Positions 54,416-64,000 of a stretch of DNA of 64,000 bases are shown here, piece by piece. The position numbers were made by a program, and so were the translations under genes. The notes below the pieces were generated by a model that was given only the letters and a program-made list of their open reading frames with translations, was not told the origin of the DNA and did not search any database. How positions within the stretch are numbered: position 1 is the first letter of the stretch; each line of letters begins with the position of its first letter. Source of the stretch: Podarcis pityusensis (lineage: Eukaryota); NCBI GenBank assembly GCA_964106645.2, contig OZ067044.1, one strand, 5' to 3'.

Positions 54416-54965
54416 ACACACCACACTGGCATAGAAGAGCAGAGATGTGGGTTCCAGCCTGATTGAGTAGTCTCTCTGAAGAAAAGCTACAGTGCAGGAG
54501 GAACTTCCGGTATCTTACCACCTGCTCTAATGGCCACCAATTGCTGCTGGAGTGTTCATTCATTATAAGGCACCTCAGCAGCCTCTTTCTGGAGCTGAAA
54601 TGGAGCATGCCCTTGTGCTGCTGATGGGGTGGAGAGGTTTGGTTCTGCTCTTTCTTAGATCTAAAAGATCCACACACTACAATTCCACGCATGCTTACTC
54701 AGCAATAAATTCCAATGAGTTGAATTTTCTTGGGACTAAGTGCCACTGAACACACAAAAAATTACTTTTTACTTAACTATACATAGACCCTAAGTTTCAT
54801 CCTCTCATCTGGCAAGTGGAATAAAAAACAAGCAGCTAGTGGGTCTTTCCACTAGTGGGTCTTCTCAGAAGCTAAACTGTGCCCAAACAGAAGTGGTATT
54901 GTAATTCTATATTAATAATAATCAGGTCTAGCATTTAGACAGCATAGTTTACTACTAAAACTTAC

Positions 54966-55066
54966 TCAGCAAGTTCTGCTCGGAAACGCCAGTTCCTGCT
55001 GTTATCGGTGACTAAGAATTCCTGAAGCTGGTACAGATATTCCCGCCTTTTATCAGGGTGAAGAAG
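54966..55066 (-). CDS. PPP4R1: PPP4R1 coding exon (101 bp): LLHPDKRREYLYQLQEFLVTDNSRNWRFRAELA
   Basis: Minus ttccag acceptor, GTAAG donor; phase 2. Confidence 0.96.
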
Positions 55067-55380
55067 CTGGAAAAATAAAGATGAATGTTTTCAGAACCAT
55101 ACAAATTATAGTTGATTGTAGTTTATCAAATTATAGTTGAATATCAAAAAATGAGGCTATTCCAGAATTTCTATGAAATATACTGGAACAAGACAGTAAT
55201 GCAATATACAATGTGAATGATGGCAGAAATTAAACACATCTTCGGTTTCATCACATGATATCCATCAAGTTTTACTAAATACTAAAAGTTTATAAATTTA
55301 ATTATCTGTCACCACAGAAGTATGCATACAGGGAGGAGGAAAAGGGATGATTATTTTGTATGCATAAAAGGAGTATGTAC

Positions 55381-55542
55381 CTTCAGAAAATCATGCAGAT
55401 GCTTAAGCACACCAATTCTGACTTCATCAAGGTCCTTTAAGAAGCCATTGAAGACTGGAACCAGATCACCAGCTGTAAGCTGGTCTCCAAGAATGACTGC
55501 AAGTTCATGTATAGAAAATGCCAACGTTCTTCGAACTTTCCA
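55381..55542 (-). CDS. PPP4R1: PPP4R1 coding exon (162 bp): WKVRRTLAFSIHELAVILGDQLTAGDLVPVFNGFLKDLDEVRIGVLKHLHDFLK
   Basis: Minus tcttag acceptor, GTACAT donor; HEAT repeats. Confidence 0.97.
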
Positions 55543-57396
55543 CTAAGAGGAAACAATGCACAAGGCCAACTTGTTAGTAAATCATACAACTTATTCAATG
55601 TTAGGGTTAGATTTGTTGCACAGCCAAGAGTACAGCTTGATTTGAAGGCTGAAACAAGACAAAAAGGAGACGTGGTTGCTTCCATGCATCTCTTCTTTCC
55701 TCTGGTGAAGTCTAGTAACATAAAACCCATGTTGGACATAATGGTGCACTGGCAAGTCTACCCTGGCCTAACAAAATTTTCAATGCAATTAAATCACATT
55801 ATGCATTTTTATTTATTGGATATTACTGGAAACAGAGATGATGTGGGGCTGTTTTCAGCAAAAAGCCAAGCATCACTCATATCTGGTTCTGCTACCATGT
55901 TACAATTAATCAGTTAACTTACAATGAGTTAACATATTAATGCAGTTACTATTTACTGCTGAGAAAGGGGCTGGAGACGAACTTTTTATTTGAGATTTAT
56001 ATACCACTTAATCAAAAAAACCACAGCTCTAAGCAGTTTATACAAAATAGAAATTATTTGGATCAGCTTTCCTAAACAAAAAATATGTTAAGCATGTTCT
56101 CATTCCATTCAATTCCTTATTATAACATTGGGGGGGGGGTAACAGGAGAAAACAAAAGATGTCCTAACTTCCTCTACCAGTTCCCCAGAAGACCTTTTGT
56201 GTTCCTGCAAACCCAGTAGAGGAGGAACCTTTTCAAAATTCTAACACCACAGCCAAAGGATCAGGCATCCCTTGCATAGGTGTCTGAAGTACAATCCTAG
56301 GCTCTCTTCACCACTGCGAAACAACACACAATTGTGCTCTTAATTCTATTTTACTGATTTGCCTGGAATTTTAGACATAATAAGATTACTCCCATACAGC
56401 TGGTAAACTCTGGCCTTGTATGAATGCTATCGCAAACTCTTGGGATAAATGTTGGCACAGAGCAAAGTTCTTTTCTAATCCTTCCTTTGAATTATTTTAT
56501 GAGTTTAGCAGATTCATTGCACTGAATTCAAAAAGGAAAAATGCTGGGGGGTTTCAGAAATTATATTAGAGCAAGCTGTTCCTACAGCAAATCTATTAGT
56601 TGATCAGTGTAAATGGAGAAAAGAAATCCAACAGGTTACTTATGGTTTACAGAGCAATCTTACAGCAAGATCTGTCGGAATGAGTAGGTTAGGATTCAGC
56701 AGATCTCTGGCTGAACTGGGAGGTTCCCAGTACAGCCAGGCTACACTGCTTAACTCCTTCCTCTTCACCTCAGCCAGAGATCTGCCAGATTGTATTCCCC
56801 ATTCTAGCCCAGATGGAGCCCAGTTGGCTGAGCCAAGCCTAGTAGATCTTAAACCAGCATATGCCCTGGAAAAGGGGTGTGACAGGGGCTGGATCCTAAG
56901 CCTGATCATCTTGGTCATGTAATCTGGCAACCCGGTGTAAATTAAGCCAGTAAACAGGATGGTGTAACTCAAATACTATTTTAAAGGCTTACTTTCCCTT
57001 TGTCAGCCTTAAGCTGATTTAGCCAGCAACAGCCTTGCTCCTGAATGGAGTTTGGATCTGGAGTAATTTTATGCCAGCTTAATTTACACTGGTTTGCTTT
57101 ACACTAGCCTACTATGTATAGGATTCCTCCCCTGGAAAGAAAAATATGATAAAGACATGTGCAAATTCTCCTTCCAGGACACAAGTAGTTACCACCCCTT
57201 CCCCTCAGATATCCCTATTCTCAGGAAAAACATCAAGAATGCTATAGTAATGAGAAGCGGCCCAACATTTCTGCTTTCCCATTACATTAAGAACCTCAGA
57301 CTCGTTTCTGGAAGACTAGAGAAGCCAAAGCATACAATTTCAAATTGCACATTGGATCTAAGTACTTTCAGGTCTTATAAAGAGCTATAACATTAC

Positions 57397-57582
57397 CTGC
57401 ATGTCAGAGGCTAACGTCTCATAAGTATCTTTCAGACAGTGCCAGTTCTGTCTACCTAAGGTAAGTGCCACACCTGGAAGGCTGTAGGCACAGTGCTTTG
57501 CAATCTCTGTATCAACAGTCTGAGCTCGAGAGGGATCAGTCATGGATAAATACTGGTCCAGCAAGGCCTGAGGTACAATGTC
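57397..57582 (-). CDS. PPP4R1: PPP4R1 coding exon (186 bp): DIVPQALLDQYLSMTDPSRAQTVDTEIAKHCAYSLPGVALTLGRQNWHCLKDTYETLASDMQ
   Basis: Minus ttttag acceptor, GTAATG donor; highly characteristic PP4R1 sequence. Confidence 0.97.
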
Positions 57583-58408
57583 CTAAAACACAAAGCATAT
57601 GAATTTAAGTGTATGTTCTGGAAAAACTACATCGCCATAAAAAATAATTAATTAAAAATGTTAAGACTGCAGGGAAAGAGAATGAAAAAGAAAATTCAAG
57701 TACTATTTCTTAGGTTACATTATTCTTCTAATAACCAACTTGTTACAAGTATAAATGGGAACTTTTTAAGGAGAGCAGGAGCGAAGTTGCTCACCTTTCA
57801 ACAGAGCCGATGGAGGGGCCCTGCAGTCCCATCTCCCTCCCTCTCCTGCAGCCCAATAGGACGCCTGCTGATGACAGTTGAGGGAGAAGCCACAAAATGA
57901 GGATGGGAGTCATGTGCAGCCCCCATGGGTCAAGGCTGCCACATGTGCCCTAGGTCCTGAGAGTACAGCGTACAAGGGAAGCGGTGACTCAGGGCAATGG
58001 GATTAGCTACCACCTTGCTGACTATATGGGCTATGATGTTTCTGTTTTGCTTACAGGTGCCTGAAGCCATTAAGGCAAAAGGGAAACAGAAAAGCTTGTA
58101 CATAGTACAAGCCATCTCTCTCACACACTCACTAGACCGGTGTGCAGTTACTGTAATAGAAATTCTTGCCGACTGCATGTACAGGTCAGATTTGCAACTG
58201 ATGATGCTCTCAAGGGCACAACAGTAGTCTGAGTGAGGAGGCTCAGGTTTCAATTTTAAATTTCAAAGTTCAGAATTCTTTAAAAAAGAGGGAGAAACTT
58301 ACAGTGCACAATTTAAGCAAAGTAAAAATTATACTTACAGGTGTCGGATCATATATTACATGTAAAATTACTTTTAAGTTGTACAAGGAGAAAACTCTTT
58401 AAAAATAC

Positions 58409-58507
58409 CTGAATTTTAGATTTTTTTTCTTCTTCAGGGCTGAAACTACTGTTAGTGCTAAAGTCGGAATCATTATGAATATAACGCAGAGCAGATTCTA
58501 CAATGTC
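58409..58507 (-). CDS. PPP4R1: PPP4R1 coding exon (99 bp): DIVESALRYIHNDSDFSTNSSFSPEEEKKSKIQ
   Basis: Minus ccacag acceptor, GTATTT donor; in frame. Confidence 0.92.
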
Positions 58508-58679
58508 CTGTGGTGGAAAGTTAAAAACAACAACTTACAATGCAGGCATACTCTGCAGCACTATCCAATGCATATTTACTCAAAAGTAAATCCAAAGCAT
58601 ATGAAAATGAAGTTACTTGTTTTCTGACATTAACTGACAGGTGCTCAAGTGATAAAATTCATAGCAGCCAAATATTTAC

Positions 58680-58855
58680 CTCAGCAGTATCATTGATTAA
58701 AGGCACTGGGTCATCCTGAATGGATGTAAAGCTCAGGTGATCTTTGATGCTCAGCTCATTCTGAGAATCCACTGACTTGCCAATGCCTGCTGTCGTTTCC
58801 TCCTGGGGGTCCAGGCTTGAGGCTCGAAGGGCAGCAGAGAGCACCTCCACTTGTG
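58680..58855 (-). CDS. PPP4R1: PPP4R1 coding exon (176 bp): QVEVLSAALRASSLDPQEE...PLINDTAE; upstream exons lie beyond the window
   Basis: Minus gcacag acceptor, GTAAAT donor; QVEVLSAALRASSLD motif; no further PP4R1 exon found in 58856-64000. Confidence 0.92.
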
Positions 58856-59261
58856 CTGTGCATGTAAGGAAGGGGGCAAGCAGGTCAAAAACTTGTTCTA
58901 CACCCATTACACAAACATTTCAGTGGTGTAGTAGTACTTCCCCCACACCCTGCTTCATATTCCATTAACACAGCAGTTGAGAACCTCCACTGATGGAAGC
59001 AGAGCCTTTACAGAAATGCCCTGTTGCTATGGAATGATCTTGCTGCTAAGGTGTAAAGTCTTTAAATGGTTTCAGAAAGAATTACAACACACTTCTGGTT
59101 TAAGGATGGAATAAATCTGGTAGGTAAACTTTGGGAATACGCAGACTCTGGTTTTATGCTGCATTTTTATTGCTTTTAGTATTTTACCCTGATGATGGCA
59201 TGTAATCTGCTTTGTAAGCTGTTCCGAGCTTATGAAAAAATAATCTAACAATGCTCTAAAT

Positions 59262-59516
59262 CAGGGGTCAGCAAGGTTTATCTTGCCTGCACCGGATCGG
59301 TCCCGTGGAGATCCCTCCGTGGGCAAGAGCGCATGCCCCTGTAATTTCTGGCCTCTGCGCATGCGCGATTTCCGGAGCCGTGGAAGTGAGTCCCCACGCT
59401 GCGCCGGTTTAGTGCAAAACGCGAGTGGGCAGCTCGGTTTGGGGGCTGCCCGTGGGCCAGTCAAACGACCTTCACGGGCCGCTTCTGGCCCATGGGCCTT
59501 AGGCTGCTGACCCCTG
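59262..59516. mobile_element. hAT-family MITE
   Basis: CAGGGGTCAGCA ... TGCTGACCCCTG TIRs; 8-bp TSD CTCTAAAT / TTCTAAAT. Confidence 0.85.
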
Positions 59517-62194
59517 TTCTAAATGAAAGCTGTACGACAGTGCGAGATGCAGTTCCATTAGGGTTTCCAAGCATGCATACTCAAAGATAAGAGTAAATAG
59601 GTGAACAGGCAGTACACATTTGGAGGCTACCAAGGAAGCCCTTTACTTCTTTCTGCAACCATGTGGACTCTCGCAGCATTATTTGGCCCCTAAAAAAACC
59701 AGGGAGTACTATCTGGCTTCTTACATTGCTAGATATTTCTCTTCCATCCTAACACTCCCCACATCTTGGTAACCTTCTCTTTTTTCCTGCACTTTGGAAA
59801 CAATTCAAGGCATTATTCCTTGTTTTAAGTTCATAATTTCAGAAATCCATCATCTTATGGAGCCACCTAATGCCTTTAAATATGAAAGGTTATTTCTTCA
59901 AAATGTGCTGAGAACTGATGTTTCTCAGTTCTATTTAATTTAATTTTGTTTATTGCATTCACATTGTTTATTATATTTTAGTTATAACATAAATGTAAGT
60001 AAAACTGAGAAGCTACAATTCTCTTACATGGCGGTCCTAATTCTTTGGTGTGGATCTGAAAACAAACTTTCAGCCGTCATAAATAGTTTTGAAAATGTGA
60101 AACAAAAATAACTAAAAAAAGAAACCAAGAATTTATTTGACTTTTAATTTTCATGATTATGTCTTTGGCTGGTATTCAACTAAATTTTACTCAGAGCAGA
60201 GCCAATGAAATTAATGAACCTGACTAAGTTAGGTCCTTTAAATAGGCTCACTCTGACCCCTTGCATCAGCATTTTTCATTTGCTTTCTAAAATCTTGCAT
60301 ATTTTGATAGTAACAATGTAGGGGTATATATAGTATTGTCTACTCACAGCTGATTCAAAGACCTGCATGTTCATGATACGCAAATTCTGCTAATTTATAC
60401 ATCCAGAGTATTTAAAGTAGTTATGGAGCTTTATCTCATTACATATTTTCTTCTGTTCTTGTAACTGCACAAATTGACCACCATAGACTATAGGCATCAG
60501 TAGTGGCCAACAGACAAAGTTGACTGTATGGTTCTCCTCCTGCTACACAGTCAGCTGTATTAGTGGTTGTTATATTCAGCAAAGAGCTGAAAGAAGCAAT
60601 TCATCCTGGGGAAGCCATTGTTTCTGGCCATTTGCCATTTGAGACAGGGGTCACTGTGTTAGTTATGTTCTGCCTAGGTTTTTAGGCTTTTCAAAAGACT
60701 CCGGGGGGGAGCAGAATCTTCTTTTGAAGAAACCAAACAAAGCTTCAGTGTTAAATATGCAACTATAAGAACCGAGACACTGGGAACTAACTGGTGACTG
60801 AATTAGGATTTGCTAGGCACAACTAAGCAAGGTTTGGTGACATGAAATGCATGTAGCCATATAATGAATAATAAAAGCATCCATATAATAATAGTAATGA
60901 TAACATACTCTGAATGCTTAACTATTTCTCTATTCACTACTTTATTCATTCTTGTGACATCCTTAAAGAGATGCCAATTTTATTATCTCCAATTTGAGGG
61001 GAATGGGGAAGGAAAGGCTGTCTAGTGTCACAGTGGGCAGAAGTTAGATCTAGATCTACTTGTACATGCTTAGCAGTAGATTGGCATGGGCTTCTGATTC
61101 CCAATTGCGTGTGAATAATAGCAACAAACTGATACCTCTCCCTGCCACCCTAAATTATACTGCTGAAATGTAGAAAGCTTGGGGTAACCCAAATTAGAGT
61201 TTTGTGTGAAAGATTGTGAGCTCCATTCAGGATGCCTAGGCCCCAAATTATTTTATGTGCCTGCCTTGTGCACTAGGCAGCTTTGAGTAGATCTTGGGGT
61301 TTAGTAAAAAATACAGTATATTTTGCAAGCCTTAAGTCTGTCTACCCTGGTGTAGTGAACTCACAGTTGAGGTGATATTTGATTTTAAGACAGTTTGGAA
61401 AGCAGCCTCTCAGGTATGATTTTGATTAAGGGACTAATGCTTTTGCAAAGGATTTTAAAAGATTTTTAAAAAATGACTGGTAATACTGTGTGATGAGTTG
61501 TGAGGTAGGGTTCAATTATTCAAAGGAACTAGATACTGCAATTTCAGGACCATTTTTTTAGGTCCTGAAAGTGAAAGAATTTATTGTGAAACTTTAAGGA
61601 AATAAATGTCATTCAGGTTTAGAATAATTTGGGGGCACCACCACTAATTGGTACTGGCTTTTATCCTTATCTGACTCTGCAACTTCATGTGAATCATACC
61701 TCGGTTAGCATCAATACCAAAACACATTGCTTTTGGCTCCTTTCCCATTCAGTTGAAACTTCCCCAACTCCCCCGGTTCAAATCAAAATGTATCTCTCTC
61801 AGACTACCTAAAACCTGGCACCTACCAACCATTACACGAGACATGTCATGCTGTTCTCTCTAATGCAACATGTGCATTATATGACATTGGCTGTGACAAC
61901 CCATGTGATTTTTATTAACATTTATTATGTAATCACATCCAATGTAGTACTGTGGCATTAAAAAACCAACATGTTAGCCACTACAGGGAATAAGATTAAA
62001 GATTAAATAAGATTTTAAGCACGGGGAACACGGCAGATGACTGTAAGGGCAAAGGAAGAAAAGCAGCAGAGACAATTATGGCTTTAAAGGAATATAAATG
62101 TGTACAAGTATCTGAGAATGCGATGGAAAGCACTTTCATCTACTTATTAAAACAAGCATAAAATGAGGTAGGTAGAGCTCAGACCTAGTTCAAA

Positions 62195-62460
62195 CTGACC
62201 TTAATAGACTGGAGAACTGGGTCCAAATGAACAAAATGAATTTTAATAGGGACAAATGTAAGGTTTTATACTTAGGCAGGAACAGCCAGCTGCATAAATG
62301 GGGGAAACCTGGCTTACCAGTAGTACCTTGTGAAAAGGATTTAGGGGTCTTAGTAGACCCTAAACAGCAAAAAAAGCTTATGAATCAACAGAAGTCTAGT
62401 GTCCTGATCAAGGGAAGTCATAGTACTGCTCTATTTTGCCTTGGTCAGATCACATTAGGT
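62195..62460 (+). mobile_element. CR1 LINE ORF2 (RT C-terminal) fragment
   Basis: Translates as DLNRLENWVQMNKMNFNRDKCKVLYLGR ... EKDLGVLVD, typical of CR1 ORF2, with deletions. Confidence 0.8.
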
Positions 62461-62502
62461 TATCTGGGGAAATTTCAGGGCAATGATCTGTTTAGTCGAA
62501 TT

Positions 62503-62642
62503 CAGGGTTTCCTAAACATGGGTCTCCAGCTGTTTTTGGATGACAGTTCCCATCATCCCTGACAACTGGTCGTATCCTACCAGCTAGGGATGATGGGAGT
62601 TGTAGATCAAAGCAGTTGGAGACTCAAGTTTGGGAAGCCCTG
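62503..62642. mobile_element. Short palindromic hAT MITE (related fragment at ~13275-13395)
   Basis: CAGGGTTTCCTAAAC ... GTTTGGGAAGCCCTG termini; internal TTCCCATCATCCCT / AGGGATGATGGGAG inverted repeat. Confidence 0.7.
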
Positions 62643-64000
62643 ATTTAATTTATACTACCTCTTATTTCCTTCATTTAGTAAATTCTATTTATTATTTTAG
62701 TTGTGTGTGTAGTTGCTAAAATACAATGCTTGCACAGCAATACAACATCCTCCTGTTTTTTTATCATCTGCAGCTTCTGTTTCCTGAAGTGCTCTTTCTT
62801 ACTTCCTTTCTACTTCACAACACAGTATGTTGCTATGTGATTACTTCACGGAGGAGCATAATTTTAAAACGCTTCCTGTGGTGCATTCGCATAGGGAACA
62901 TTTCTAGTATTGAAAGTCATCTAATAGATACAATACTTAAGAAGCTACTCAGTAGTACTCATGTTGGCAAGCTGCCTGCAAGTGAAAATTCATTTAAGCA
63001 AATCCGCTGTAAAACACAAGGGTGGGAAGCTTCCTAATAAAGTATATTTTGAGATTCTGTATTCAAACCCAAGCCAACTGAGTTGAGACTATAATAAGCT
63101 GTCCAGAGTCACTATTTGGTATCTGACATCATTAATGGATCAAGTAGTTCATTTTCTAGCCCATTTTCTGCAATTAACCATTTATGGATTAAATTAGTAA
63201 ATTAGCACAATGACCAACGGGAGTAATCCAAGATTCAAGAGACATACTTGGAAGGGCTAAGTAGTAGTAATGAAATGGACAAACTGGTTTTTGTTTTGGA
63301 TGTAAGAGGCAGCTGACCTGTTTCTTCCATAGTTCATAAAGAGGTGTACTGCAACCAACACCCCTAATATGGTGATGGATCCTGCTACCAGAACTTTTAT
63401 CTTTCATATGAACATAAGAAGAGCCCTGCTGGAAAAGGCCTACCTAATCCTGCATTCTGTTCTCACAGTGGCCAATCAGATGCCTATGCAATGTCAACAA
63501 ACTGGACACATGAGCACCCTTCCACTCATGATTCTCAGCTAGTATAGAGGTTTCTGGAACTGATGCTGAATTACATTACACTAGCTGTCTCAGACCCAGC
63601 ACTGCTTGGGAATTCTAAGAAACAAAACAGTGAGTACTGTCTTGAAATTGGTGATGAAAATTTGCACAGTTTTGAAAGGTTCAGTACGCCATTTTGATTC
63701 AAAATGGTGTCCAATTATATCAATAGACAAAAACCTGCTCTCAGGAACCATCATGCAAGCTTTCTTAAGAGGTGTCCAAATTCATAGAGATGAGCTAAAG
63801 AGACCATCTTCCAAAATACATGGTAGATTCAGCAGCACCTAGGAACATTCAGTAACTTTACAGAAAAAAACTGCCAAGAAGAGGGTTTGTAAACCAGTCC
63901 TGAGGGCAACTGTATTCAGGTGGAGACACAGATTTCTGCAAATTATTATGAAATACAACCACATAAAGACCTTCACATGCCACACCATATTTAAAAGTGA

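Noticed and set aside
60340-60680. Possible extra PPP4R1 exon (minus GTGAGT donor near 60347)
   Set aside because: Frames examined hit stops, with no similarity to the expected upstream exon (YNSFHFWRTPLP...DDPDVK), which must lie beyond the window.

Overview
Vertebrate genomic DNA, almost certainly a squamate reptile (probably a lacertid-type lizard, judged from its SINE/MITE repertoire). There are three spliced protein-coding genes. (1) The 3' part of ANKRD12 (+): 7 coding exons in the window, including a 4,601-bp giant exon, stop at 14956-14958. (2) A complete RALBP1 (+): CpG-island promoter and non-coding exon 1 at ~21.1-21.6 kb, then 9 coding exons at 27322-46321 that splice to an intact 662-aa protein. 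(3) The last 9 coding exons of PPP4R1 (-), convergent with RALBP1, stop at 51553-51555. All exon phases were checked by hand and are consistent with GT-AG splicing. TWSG1, which lies between ANKRD12 and RALBP1 in human, is not recognisable in the ~5-kb gap here; only a weak possible relic of one exon was seen. That gap holds a near-perfect 180-bp palindrome from a Penelope-like element, made of two head-to-head minimal hammerhead ribozymes: one with an intact core, the other mutated at the cleavage triplet. The introns carry young TA-flanked Tc1/mariner-superfamily MITEs with GC-rich hairpin or minisatellite cores (one nested in another element, one resembling fish/frog Tc1 ends), plus hAT MITEs, tRNA-derived SINEs and CR1/L2 fragments.
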